Shown: positions 12,201 to 24,746 of the stretch, piece by piece | Layout of the letters: each line of letters begins with the position of its first letter | Position numbering within the stretch: the first letter of the stretch is position 1 | From: Octopus sinensis | Taxonomy: Eukaryota | NCBI RefSeq assembly: GCF_006345805.1 | Contig: NC_043002.1 | Location: forward strand, 97,712,001 to 97,776,000 | DNA length: 64,000 bases | Direction: 5' to 3' | Notes under the pieces: model-generated | The model's input: the letters and a program-made list of their open reading frames with translations, nothing else | Told to the model about the DNA's origin: nothing | The model's database searches: none | Position numbers and translations under genes: made by a program

Positions 12201-15200
12201 AAAATAGATGAACATCAATGGAATTTGTATCTTTGTGGTACCAGTGCCGGGGCACACAAGAATCCATCCGAACGTGGCCGTAGTCAGTACCGCATCACTG
12301 GCCATCGTGCTGTGGGCACATAACAAACACCATCCGGTCGTGGCGTTCGCCAGCCTCATCTAGCACCTGTGTCGGTGGCACATAAAAAGTAGTCAGTACG
12401 CTTGTGGTACCAGTGCCGGGGCACACAAGAATCCATCCGAACATGGCCGTAGTCAGTACCGCATCACTGGCCATCGTGCTGTGGGCACATAACAAACACC
12501 ATCCGGTCGTGGCCGTTCGCCAGCCTCATCTAGCACCTGTGTCGGTGGCACATAAAAACACCATCCGAAGACCGGCAAGACTAGTCAGGCAAAACCATGG
12601 CCCCTACCTGGGACGTAGTCAGTCCACCTGTGCATACCTTCCTCCTTGTGATACTTGTGAAGGCCTGTTGAGGCAAGTGAAAATCAAAATCAAAATCAAA
12701 TCAAAACAAATCAAAATAGATGAACATCAATGGAATTTGTATCTTTGTGGTACCAGTGCCGGTGGCACACAAGAGAAAACCATCCGAAAGTGGCCGTAGC
12801 CAGTACCGCATCGACTGGCCTCGTGCTGTGGGCACATGACAAACACCATCCGATCGTGGCCGTTCGCCAGCCTCATCTAGCACCTGTGTCGGTGGCACAT
12901 AAAAACACCATCCGAAGACCTGGCAAGACTAGTCAGGCCATAACCCATGGCCCCTACCTGGGACGTAGTCAGTCCACCTGTGCATACCTTCCTTCTTGTG
13001 ACACTTGTGAAGACCTGTTGAGGCAAGTGAAAATCAAAATCAAAATCAAAACAAATCAAAATAGATGAACATCAATGGAATCTGTATCTTTGTGGTACCA
13101 GTGCCGGTGGCACACCACTTGTGGTACCAGTGCCGGTGGCACACACAAGAGAACCATCCGAACGTGGCCGTAGCCAGTTCCGCATCGACCGGCCTCCGTG
13201 CTGTGGGCACGTAACAAACACCATCCGATCATGGCCGTTCGCCAGCCTCATCTGGCACCTGTGTCGGTGGCACATAAAAACACCTTCCGAAGACCCGGCA
13301 AGACTAGTCAGTCCACCTGTGCATACCTTCCTTCTTGTGACACTTGTGAAGACCGGTTGAGGCAAGTGAAAATCAAAATCAAATCAAATCAAAATAGACA
13401 AAATAGATGAACATCAATGGAATTTGTATCTTGTGGTACCAGTGCCTGTGGCACACAAGAAATCCATCAGTGCTGTAGTCAGTGCGGTGGGCACATGACA
13501 AACACCATCCGATCGTGGCCGTTCGCCAGCCTCATCTAGCACCTGTGTCGGTGGCACATAAAAACACCATCCGAAGACCCGGCAAGACTAGTCAGGCCAT
13601 AACCCTATGGCCCCTACCTGGGACGTAGTCAGTCCACCTGTGCATACCTTCCTTCTTGTGACACTTGTGAAGACCTGTTGAGGCAAGTGTAAATCAAATC
13701 AAAACAAATCAAAATAGATGAACATCAATGGAATTTGTATCTTTGTGGTACCAGTGCCTGTGGCACACAAGAAAACCATCCGAACGTGGCCGTAGCCAGT
13801 ACCGCATCGACTGGCCTCCGTGCTGTGGGAACATGGTGGCACATAAAAACACCATCCGAAGACCCGGCAAGACTAGTCAGGTCATAACCCGTGGGCCCTA
13901 CCTGGGACGTAGTCAGTCCACCTGTACATACTTCCTTCTTGTGACACTTGTGAAGACCTGTTGAGGCAAGTGAAAATCAAAACAAATCAAAATAGATGAA
14001 CATCAATGGAATTTGTATCTTTGTGGTACCAGTGCCGGTGGCACACAAGAATCCATCCGAACGTGGCCGTAGTCAGTACCGCATCACTGGCCATCGTGCT
14101 GTGGGCACATAACAAACACCATCCGGTCGTGGCCGTTCGCCAGCCTCATCTAGCACCTGTGTCGGTGGCACATAAAAAGTAGTCAGTACCGCTTGTGGTA
14201 CCAGTGCCGGTGGCACACAAGAATCCATCCGAACATGGCCGTAGTCAGTACCGCATCACTGGCCATCGTGCTGTGGGCACATAACAAACACCATCCGGTC
14301 GTGGCCGTTCGCCAGCCTCATCTAGCACCTGTGTCGGTGGCACATAAAAACACCATCCGAAGACCCGGCAAGACTAGTCAGGCCATAAACCATGGCCCCT
14401 ACCTGGGACGTAGTCAGTCCACCTGTGCATACCTTCCTCCTTGTGATACTTGTGAAGGCCTGTTGAGGCAAGTGAAAATCAAAATCAAAATCAAATCAAA
14501 ACAAATCAAAATAGATGAACATCAATGGAATTTGTATCTTTGTGGTACCAGTGCCGGTGGCACACAAGAGAAAACCATCCGAAAGTGGCCGTAGCCAGTA
14601 CCGCATCGACTGGCCTCCGTGCTGTGGGCACATGACAAACACCATCCGATCGTGGCCGTTCGCCAGCCTCATCTAGCACCTGTGTCGGTGGCACATAAAA
14701 AACACCATCCGAAGACCTGGCAAGACTAGTCAGGCCATAACCCATGGCCCCTACCTGGGACGTAGTCAGTCCACCTGTGCATACCTTCCTTCTTGTGACA
14801 CTTGTGAAGACCTGTTGAGGCAAGTGAAAATCAAAATCAAAATCAAAACAAATCAAAATAGATGAACATCAATGGAATCTGTATCTTTGTGGTACCAGTG
14901 CCGGTGGCACACACTTTGTGGTACCAGTGCCGGTGGCACACAAGAGAACCATCCGAACGTGGCCGTAGCCAGTTCCGCATCGACCGGCCTCCGTGCTGTG
15001 GGCACGTAACAAACACCATCCGATCATGGCCGTTCGCCAGCCTCATCTGGCACCTGTGTCGGTGGCACATAAAAACACCTTCCGAAGACCCGGCAAGACT
15101 AGTCAGTCCACCTGTGCATACCTTCCTTCTTGTGACACTTGTGAAGACCGGTTGAGGCAAGTGAAAATCAAAATCAAATCAAATCAAAATAGACAAAATA

Positions 15201-16122
15201 GATGAACATCAATGGAATTGTATCTTGTGGTACCAGTGCCTGTGGCACACAAGAAATCCATCAGTGCTGTAGTCAGTGCGGTGGGCACATGACAAACACC
15301 ATCCGATCGTGGCCGTTCGCCAGCCTCATCTAGCACCTGTGTCGGTGGCACAAAAAACACCATCCGAAGACCCGGCAAGACTAGTCAGGCCATAACCCTA
15401 TGGCCCCTACCTGGGACGTAGTCAGTCCACCTGTGCATACCTTCCTTCTTGTGACACTTGTGAAGACCTGTTGAGGCAAGTGAAAATCAAATCAAAACAA
15501 ATCAAAATAGATGAACATCAATGGAATTTGTATCTTTGTGGTACCAGTGCCGGTGGCACGTGGCACATAAGAAAACCATCCGAACGTGGCCGTAGCCAGT
15601 ACCGCATCGACTGGCCTCCGTGCTGTGGGCATGTAACAAGCACCATCCGATCGTGGCCGTTTGCCAGCCTCATCTGGCACCTGTGTCGGTGGCACATAAA
15701 AACACCATCCGAGCGTGGCCGTCTGCCAGCCTCATCTGGCACCTGTGTCGGTGGCACATAAAAACACCATCCGAGCGTGGCCGTCTGCCAGCCTCGTCTG
15801 GCACCTGTGTCGGTGGCACATAAAAACACCATCCGAGCGTGGCCGTCTGCCAGCTCGTCTGGCACCTGTGTCGGTGGCACAAAAAAAACACCATCCGAGC
15901 GTGGCCGTTTGCCAGCCTCGTCTGGCACCTGTGTCAGTGGCACATAAAATCACCCACTACACTCTCGGAGTGGTTGGCGTTAGGAAGGGCATCCAGCTGT
16001 AGAAACACTGCCAGATCTGACTGGACTGGTGCAGCTTTCGGGCTCCCCAGACCCCAGTTGAACCGTCCAACCCATGCTAGCATGGAAGGCGGACGTTAAA
16101 TGATGATGATGATGATGATGAT
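9203..16122 (+). mobile_element. 5'-truncated RTE-clade LINE with tandemly expanded 3' UTR and (ATG)n tail
   Basis: Open frame 9203-10035 with PHD-like CxxC..CxxC..H..C..CxxC, YLG, GSETW, RLRWYGHV and GRPRKTW motifs. The standard tail ...AACCCATGCTAGCATGGAAGGCGGACGTTAAA(TGA)n is at 15950-16122. Confidence 0.92.
10022..15945 (+). repeat. Higher-order tandem array: 16 monomers of the RTE 3' UTR, organised as 3 x ~1.79 kb five-monomer units + 1, then ~5 x ~60 bp subrepeats
   Basis: Anchor GAACATCAATGGA occurs 16 times (10152...15513). Variant-specific markers recur at ~1780-1795 bp spacing. Confidence 0.95.
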
Positions 16123-16319
16123 ATTATATGTAGAAAAATACAAACTGGGACAAGAACGTAAAACATCTCGAAGACGATACAAAAAACAGACGGGACATTC
16201 GAAGCCTTCAATCTTCAGTCAAGAACCGGATCATCCTAGCAATTTCGGCTGATTAATCTTGACTCTCCTGATCACTCCGATCCGGCCAGCCCCAAGGAAA
16301 AACTAAGCTATATATATAT

Positions 16320-16535
16320 ATACCGTCTGACTGGCCCTCGTGCCGGTGGCACGTAAAAGCACCCACTACACTCTCGGAGTGGTTGGCATTAGGAAGGGCA
16401 TCCAGCTATAGAAACTCTGCCAGATCAGATTGGAGCCTGGTGCAGCCTCCCAGCCTGCCAGTCCCCAGTCAAACCGTCCAACCCATGCCAGCATGGAAAG
16501 CAGATGTTAAACGATGATGATGATGATGATGATAT
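16320..16535 (+). mobile_element. Solo RTE 3' tail fragment (others at ~18620-18740, 26826-26972, 35310-35560, 39470-39635, 52170-52480)
   Basis: GGAGTGGTTGGC.TTAGGAAGGGCATCCAGC...(ATG)n. Confidence 0.8.
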
Positions 16536-16973
16536 ATACATATATAAAACTTTGATGCTATTGATAGGTTTCGGCCAGTATAGGCCCAGCCCATGTTTAA
16601 CTCAATGGTGCCACCTGGTGAAGTCTTATAGTCATATATAGAGCACCATAGCTCACTCTAACAAAGAGTTATTATTGTTGGAGACATATCTGAGTGTAAG
16701 GGGTTGGTTCAGGATTTTTTAAAAAAATTTGTCCAGTGAACATTTGAATTTTATGGGATCCATTTCCGTTTTGACGGATGCTCTGTGTTTCTTTCAATTA
16801 ATTTTAAATATAACAAAGAATTTGGTTAAATAACTTAGTTATCTTTCAGCTAGTGTGGAAGATATTAATTCAGAACTTTTGAAAACAAGACATTTGTACT
16901 ACAGAGCCAGAGGCAGTTTCAGCGAGGTTGATATCGAAAGAGTTAAGAATTGTTTCTCTATTATATATTTTAA

Positions 16974-17196
16974 CCCTTTTGTTACCCTATTTCTGTTGAG
17001 ATGCTCTGTGTTTCTTTCAATTAATTTTAAATATAACAAAGAATTTAGTAAAATAACTTAGTTATCATTAAGCTAGTTTTAGAAACATAAATTGTGACTA
17101 AGGTTTAGTAAAAGATTTTAATTCAAAACTTATGAAAACAAGACATTTGTACTAAAGAGTCCAGAGGTGGTTTCAGTCAGGTTGGCATCAAAAGAG
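16974..17196. mobile_element. TTAA-flanked piggyBac-like MITE (subfamily 2)
   Basis: TTAA|CCCTTTT...AAAAGAG|TTAA; homologous to 58009-58228. A partial tandem copy lies at ~16775-16950. Confidence 0.7.
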
Positions 17197-17255
17197 TTAA
17201 TGAAATCTATCAATTTCTCAGAAATAATATGATATTTACAACTTACCAATAGCAA

Positions 17256-17654
17256 CTCTCTCTTTTACTTGTTTCAGTCATTTGACTGGGGCCATGCTGG
17301 AGCACCGCCTTTAGTCGAGCAAATCGACCCCGAGACTTATTCTTTGTAAGCCCAGTACTTATTCTATCGGTCTCTTTTGCCGAACCGCTAAGTGACGGGG
17401 ACGTACACACACCAGCATCGGTTGTCAAGCAATGCTAGGGGGACAAATACAGACACACAAATACACACACATACATATATATACATATATACGACAGGCT
17501 TCTTTCAGTTTCCCTCTACCAAATCCACTCACAAGGCATTGGTCGGCCCGGGGCTATAGCAGAAGACACTTGCCCAAGATGCCACGCAGTGGGACTGAAC
17601 CTGGAACCATGTGGTTGGTTATTGAGCTACTTACCACACAGCCACTCCTGCGCC
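17256..17654 (-). mobile_element. tRNA-derived SINE family A (~400 bp)
   Basis: Head GGCGCAGGAGTGGCTGTGTGG..GGTTCAGTCCC, central (TA/TG)n, tail AAACAAGTAAAAGAG. Confidence 0.9.
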
Positions 17655-17969
17655 TATAAGTCCAGGAGATCCAAAGAATAGACCCCCAACAAGTGTTGTG
17701 AGTCCTGTTAATGTAGCACCCTTCATGCTTTCATTGATAGTAACAGAAAGATCTTCATCATTGGATAGAATTCACAGTAAGTCTAAAACCTCCTGATTAG
17801 AAAGTATTGAAGTTAAAAGAAAATGAAAAACCAAAGAAACAATAAAATATGTTGTGAAATACAAAAAACGCCAATGACAAGACATTACATAACATGCTTA
17901 TATTTTGCAGTTGACATAGCATAACTCATGTTCACAATAAACAAAACATCAGCTGTGGTTCACAGTTGA

Positions 17970-18375
17970 TCTCTATATATATAAAAGGCAAGTTGTCTGT
18001 CTGTGTGTCTGTCAGGTTGTATCCTCACCCTGACCAGGGCTTTCAATCGATTCTCATGAAACTTGACACATACATAGCCCAATGTCATAATTCAAAACTA
18101 ACGCAGCGAAAATTTTGAAAAGTTCCCCCAGTTGTGAAAAAAATTGATAAATTCGACATGGGGTCGAGAATCTCAGCTTTTTATATGCAACACATTTTCT
18201 GTTGTAGTTTTCGCAACTTGCAATCGATTTTCACCAAACTTATGGTGAAGCTTAATGTTATCCTAAGAAACTTAATTTCAGACGTTAGTTTTCCATGCAA
18301 TACCTTACCATCAGAAAAAATCGATAAAATCATGCCATTTTGGGAAATCGCGTTTTCGCCCAAAGGGACAGCTAG
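17970..18375 (+). mobile_element. Possible Helitron-type non-autonomous element
   Basis: A|TCTCTATATATATAAAA + CTGTCTGTGTGTCTGTC start; 3' end uncertain. Confidence 0.4.
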
Positions 18376-18739
18376 GAACATCGTATACACAGAAGACATT
18401 GCAACCTACACGTGCACCTTCGTTCCCTAGAGGGAAAGGACTAGATCGGGATTAGTCGTTGCCTACTAGGGGCTCTTACATACCCAGGCAACGCCGGACT
18501 ATGCTGCTAGTATACTATAAAGATGAGTCACCGGTGATGATGTTTCATTTCTTAAACTACCTCCTTTTATTCTTGTTTACCATGATCCTTCACAGAGAAG
18601 GTTTTTCAACATCGTCATCATCATCATCATCATCATTATCATAGTTAAATGTCTGCTTTCCATGCTGGCATGGGTTGGACGGTTTGACTGAGGACTTGCA
18701 AGCCTGTTGGCTGCACCAGGTTCCAATCTCATCTGGCAA

Positions 18740-20213
18740 GGATCTTTTCACTTTGACCGGCAGATTTTTAAAATAATTTCTATGTAACTAAAAAATTTGA
18801 AACTTCGTATACTGGTAGAATGTGTTTATAAAACATCTTTTTCTCTTGGCATTCTTGAGAAAATTCTGTAGTTTGTAACATATTTGATGTTTAATTTCTT
18901 GCATTTCGGCAATTTCAACCAATCAATGACGTCTATTGATGTGAAAACAATATCTGCCGAAGTCTGCCAACAACAATTTTTTGCGGTGTCATATGAAAAT
19001 GTCCCTGCTATTTATGAGAAAAGAAGATACCCTGTGGCCATAAACTGAGGGGTCACTCGTAAACAGAGCTGGATGCCAAGAGAAAAAGATGTTTTATAAA
19101 CACATTCTACCAGTATACGACGTTTTAAATTTTTGGCGATCTTATGGTATATGTACCGGTGTACTTCCGGAAGTACCGGATACATTTCAAAAAAGTGTTG
19201 TTTTCAACACAATTTCTAGTTAACTAAACACTTTTAAACTTCGTATACTGGTAGAATGTGTCAAAATAAGACATTTTTTTTTCTTGGCATTCTTGAGAAA
19301 ATTGTAATTTGTAAGTTTAACGTAGTTTAATTTTCCGAATTTTAACCAATCAATGGCCTCTATTGAGCTAAAATAATTTGCTGCATCTAAAACTGAGACA
19401 ACATCCTGTCACTAACCCTAACCCTAAATTTTAGCCTTTCATTTTTTTTTTCTTAATTGTTAAATTAATTTAATTGTTACGCGTATGTCTAAATTTATTC
19501 GTTTTGTTTTTGTTTTGAGTTTTTGCTTTCGTTTTAGCCTTTCGTTTTTTTTTTCTTAATTGTTAAATTAAAATTATTTTCCATTGCTTTGGTTTTTTTT
19601 TTTTTTCTTAATTGTTATCCTTAAATTAATTTAACAATTAAGAAAAAAAAAACGAAAGGCTAAAACTTAGGGTTAGGTTTAGGGTTAGTGACAGGATGTT
19701 GTCTCAGTTTTAGACGCAGCAAATGATTTTAGCTTAATAGAGGCCATAGGATTGGTTAAAATTTGAAAAATTAAACTACGTTAAACTTACAAATTACAAT
19801 ATTCTCAAGAAAGCCAAGAGAAAAAAATGTTTTATTTTGACACATTCTACCAGTATACGAAGTTTAGAAATGTTTCGCTAACTAGAAATTGTGTTGAAAA
19901 CTGCCGTTCAAAAGGAAAAGATCCCGAGTTAGGGTTAGGGTTTGTGTTAGGGTTGGGAGAAAAGGGTTTCTGTTATCTTCAGAAATGTAAACAAAGTCAC
20001 TGTGTACGTATACTGAAGCATCGCCACATACCCTAACCCTAACAGAAACCCTAACCCTAACCCTAACCTACCCCCCATATATAAAAAAAAACACTTTTTT
20101 GAAATGTATCCAGTACTTCCGGAAGTACACCGGTACATATACCGTAAGATCGCCAAATTTTTTAGTTACATAGAAATTATTTTAAAAATCTGCCGGTCAA
20201 AGCGAAAAGATCC
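18740..20213. mobile_element. Nested fold-back element of the GGATCTTTTC family with internal (TTAGGG)-like runs
   Basis: Outer ~55-bp TIRs; second IR pair 19132-19199/20090-20158; inner ~230-bp arms within ~19200-19900. Confidence 0.8.
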
Positions 20214-20280
20214 AAATCGTATTCTCCTATATCGAAAACAGAAATTTTTGAAAAAAAAAAAAAAAAAGGAAAGGTTGAAA

Positions 20281-20670
20281 GGCGCAGGAGTGGCTGTGTG
20301 GTAAGTAGCTTGCTAACCAACCACATGGTTCCAGGTTCAGTCCCACTGCGTGGCATCTTGGGCAAGTGTCTTCTGCTATAGCCTCAGGCTGACCAAAGCC
20401 TTGTGAGTGGATTTGGTAGACGGAAACTGAAAGAAGCCTGTCGTATATATGTATGTGTGTGTGTGTGTTTGTCTGTGTTTGTCCCTCTAGCATTGCTTGA
20501 CAACCGATGCTGGTGTGTTTATTTCCCCGTTACTTAGCGGTTCGGCAAAAGAGACCGATAGAATAAGTACTGGGCTTACAAAAGAATAAGTCCCGGGGTC
20601 GAGTTGCTCGATTAAAGGCGGTGCTCCAGCATGGCCGCAGTCAAATGACTGAAATAAGTAAAAGAGAGAG
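20281..20670 (+). mobile_element. SINE family A
   Basis: Full-length copy with the same head, body and tail. Confidence 0.9.
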
Positions 20671-21088
20671 TAAATGGGTGGTGTACACGTCCTCGACCTT
20701 CGCCTACTTTCTCTTTGTCGAGCTCCTAAATTCCATTATGTAACTTGGGAAATCCTGCTTCAGCCAGTCACACAAACTTGTGACAAATAGGAGGTAAAGA
20801 AGGATGAGTAAATTGAACAATGGTATTTGAAGAGAGAGAGAGTGAAAAAAATAAACGGGAAGAAACCGGATGATCACATATGAATGTCAATTATTATCAG
20901 CTGACCGTAAGTGCTATATACACACGCCGGTTGCTACGTGTTAATGAATCCAGGGAAAAGTTCACGGAAAAATAAGTTGAACTTGAATATTTTCTTTCCT
21001 AGACAAAATTGTGACATCCCCCCCCTCCTGTGATTTATTGGCCACGGTGTTAATGTCTCATTTAGAATTCGTTTATTCTTTTGGAAAA

Positions 21089-21296
21089 CTCTTACTCTTT
21101 CACTTGATTCAGTCATTTAACTGCGGCCATGCTGGAGCACCACCTTTAGTCGAGCAAATCGACCCCGGGACTTATTCTTTTGTAAGCCCAGTACTTATTC
21201 TATCAGTCTCTTTTGTCGAACCGCTAAGTAACGGGGATATAAACACACCAGCATCGGTTGTCAAGCAATGCTAGGGGGACAAACACAGACACACAA

Positions 21297-21331
<35 letters not shown>

Positions 21332-21499
21332 CATATATACGACAGGCTTCTTTCAGTTTCCGTCTACCAAATCCACTCACAAGGCATTGGTCGGCCCGGG
21401 GCTATAGCAGAAGACACTCGCCCAAGATGCCACGCAGTGGGACTGAACCCGGAACCATGTGGTTGTTAGCAAGCTACCTACCACAATCCACTCCTGCGC
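21089..21499 (-). mobile_element. SINE family A
   Basis: Full-length copy. Confidence 0.9.
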
Positions 21500-21711
21500 G
21501 ATATTTTTTTAACAAGTAAATAACAAAGGATGTAACAAGCTGGCTGCCTATTCTTTTAAAATACCTATGTCTGTTACATTGCTATTTCCTCATGAATAAG
21601 AACATCTGAAGCAATTAAATAAAAAAAAAACCTAGTACCGCAATGTGTTCGCTCGAACTGCTAGAAATATCAACCAAATCTTCCTCAAATCACATGCTGA
21701 CTAAATAATAC

Positions 21712-21945
21712 CTATTTCTTTATTACCCACAAGTGGCTAAACACAGAGGGGACAAACAAGGACAGACATAGGTATTAAGTCGATTACATCGACCCCAGTG
21801 CGTAACTGGTACTTAATTTATCGATCCCGAAAGGATGAAAGGCAAAGTCGACCTCGGCGGAATTTGAACTCAGAACGTAACGGCAGACGAAATACCGCTA
21901 AGCATTTCGCCCGGCGTGCTAACGTTTCTGCCAGCTCGCCGCCTT
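21712..21945 (-). mobile_element. tRNA-derived SINE family B (~230 bp)
   Basis: Head GGCGGCGAGCTGGCAGAAACG..GAGTTCAAATTCC; tail GTAGTAAAGAAATAG-like. Confidence 0.9.
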
Positions 21946-22124
21946 AATAATACCGACAACAATACTTTAAATTGAATCATATAAGTGAGCAGTGAAAAGA
22001 ATTTGCCCTTTAGAAGAGATTCATACAAGTAAATTCGTAGTTAATAAGTATTTTGGGAAAATTACATTCTATTTATAGCAGTTTGACAGTTATTAGTCAA
22101 GTTCTCATGACAAAAGGGTCAAAC

Positions 22125-22595
22125 TAGAGCGTTTGACCCGGTCATAAAAACAAAACAAAAAATAGTGTAATAGATGTAAAACAACTTCCTCTAAACGAAT
22201 ATGACCCCAAAAACGCGCGCTCGTGAAAGTGGTGGTGGTGGTGGTGGGGGAGTCCTCGAAAAATTCACATCGGGGAATTTCCGAAAGCGTCTGAGGGTCT
22301 GACCCGGGCACAAAAACAAAAAAAAAATAGTGTGATATGTGTAAAACAACTTGCTCTAAATGAATATGACAAAAAAAAAAAAAAAAATGTTTTCTCGCAA
22401 AAGGGAGAGGACTCGGAAAATTCACATCTTCAGTCCATGGCCTTTAAACTATAGTGTTTGACCAGGGCCGGAAAGAAATGAAAAAAATTGTGTAATTGGT
22501 GTAAAACTATTTGTTCTAAACTATTATCAAGAACATATACACACACAAAGAGAAATGGTTGGTTCAAGGCAAGTGTGCATTGAACTAAATAAGCA
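22125..22595. repeat. Dispersed element with ~165-bp internal tandem units (2-3 units)
   Basis: AAAAATAGTGTAAT..GTAAAACAACTT..CTAAACGAATATGAC..GGAAAATTCACATC unit. Confidence 0.75.
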
Positions 22596-22971
22596 AGAAA
22601 GATATTATCAAAGAAAAGGCCATAGCACCATCTTTAGTATCTGTTGTTGCTGTTGTCAGGAGAACCTGACCTGACTGCTATTTCTACTTTTTATTTTGTA
22701 TACGCCAAAAGTTTGATAGCTCTTAGTCCTACTCCACTTTCATGCCTGACACCCTCCTCGCGCTATACAGATAGTCTACTGAAGTATATAATTGCATAAA
22801 TACTTTAGAACATGAACAATTAAACACTCAAGTCTTTGTTTATGAGAACTAATGGGGAATAATGGGAAAATTTAGGACAAGCATATGTATATTCATTTTA
22901 TTCTGTTGCTTGTTTCAGTCGCTGGATTGTGATCCCGATGGGGTCCTGCCTTGATGATATTAGTTGATCAA

Positions 22972-23202
22972 GGCGGCGAGCTGGCAGAAACGTTAGCACA
23001 CCGGGCGAAATGCGTTGCTGTATTTTGTCTGCCGTTACGTTCCGAGTTCAAATTCCATCGAGGTCGACTTTGCCTTTCATCCTTCCGGGGTCGCTGAATT
23101 AAGTACCAATTACGCACTGGGGTCGATGTAATCGACTTAATCCTTTTGTCTGTCCTTGTTTGTCTCCTCTGTGTTTAGCCCCTTGTGGGTAGTAAAGAAA
23201 TA
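22972..23202 (+). mobile_element. SINE family B with 15-16 bp TSD
   Basis: GATATTAGTTGATCAA on both sides (22956, 23203). Confidence 0.92.
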
Positions 23203-23797
23203 GATATTAGTTGATCAAATTGCCTCCAGTAATTGTTTTTATTTCATTTTGTTTTAAAGTTTCATATTTATTCTATCAGTCTCTTATTGCTGAATTGCTA
23301 AGTTATGGGGACATAAACAAACCAACATTGGTTTCAAATGCTGAGAGACCAAATACAACAATTTATGTGTCATAGACACATATTTCACTTAGCTATTTTT
23401 CTTTTAGTTGTGCCAAATTACCTTGGCTGATAAGCATCTTCAAAGAACTACTGTTGTGCTAATGATGACTATCGAGGTAGAAACATGTACCAACAGTTGT
23501 CTTCTTTATTCTACACAGACAAAATCTTGACTCTTGAGATTATCTCTCCTCATTTGGCGCTGGTCCCACTTGCCACCAAACAGTTCTATCTTCTCTGGAA
23601 GCAGAGATAATTTCAATAAATCAATTTGTCTTGTTGGGATAAAAGATAAAGATTTTTCCTGAGTCATATAAATTCATAGGGCTGGTTTTCGTGGAATATA
23701 TATATTCCTCACCTGGATGGAACACCAATCCATTGCAAAATTACTCATTTTTTCTAGCTGTGTGATTAGAGCAACGTGAAATGAAATATTTTCTTCA

Positions 23798-24175
23798 AGT
23801 GGCTGTGTGGTAAGTAGCTTGTTTACCAACCACATGGTTCCGGGTTCAGTCCCACTGCGTGGCACCTTGGGCAAGTGTCTTCTGCTATAGCCTCGGGCCA
23901 ACCAAAACCTTGTGAGTGGATTTGGTAGACGGAAACTGAAAGAAACCCGTTGTATATATGTATGTGTGTGTTTGTGTGAGTGTGTTTGTCCCCCTAGCAT
24001 TGCTTGACAACCGATGCTGGTGTGTCTACGTCCCCGTCACTTAGCGGTTCGGCAAAAGAGACCGATAGAATAAGTACTGGGCTTACAAAAGAATAAGTCT
24101 CGGGATCGAGTTGCTCGATTAAAGGCGTTGCTCCAGCATGGCCGCAGTCAAATGACTGAAACAAGTAAAAGAGAG
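23798..24175 (+). mobile_element. SINE family A
   Basis: Near full-length copy. Confidence 0.9.
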
Positions 24176-24746
24176 CACAACACACCGTCCAGTTCAGGAA
24201 TTGAAACCACAATCTTATGATCATGAGTCCAACACCCTAAACACTAAGCCACATGCCTCTACAAATTTACCGTGTACATTATATAATATACTCTTATTCG
24301 GCTTTGCTATTCAGATAAATGGAACTGGTCACTCTGAGTTGTTTCTCTTAGCTTATATTTCACACACACACAAGCAAACATGCACACACACACGCAGCAT
24401 CCACACACATCATTTTTGTAATTAGCTTGCATGATTCTTGATGTGAACTTGTATGTTGAAATAGATTTTGTTGTATCTTGGGTGGGTCACTATGCTAATA
24501 ATGAACACATGCACTGGAGTAGAGAGGGCGTGTCATTGAAGATGTTGCGAATAGTGACCAAAAGACAAACTGATTAATAGATTGATTGATTGATTGAATG
24601 ACCAGTCAAATGAGCGATTAGTTTATTGATGAAATAGTTGATCAATTGACAAATAATAAAGTGAAATAAAACCAGTGTGTATGTATATTATTGGCATAAT
24701 GACCCTCCTAAAATACATCTCTCTCTCTCTAATATATATATATATA

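Noticed and set aside
11800-12700. Numerous 1-bp deletions in the second HOR unit as biological divergence
   Set aside because: The pattern (single-base losses in short runs) fits unpolished long-read error in a repeat; not interpretable without reads.
10022-15945. CRISPR-like array or repetitive protein-coding gene (many 60-140 aa ORFs)
   Set aside because: No unique spacers, eukaryotic context, and continuity with an RTE ORF and tail. The ORFs are recurring by-products of the repeat.
19414-20068. Interstitial telomere or chromosome fusion scar
   Set aside because: Short, degenerate TTAGGG runs embedded symmetrically in a dispersed repeat family.
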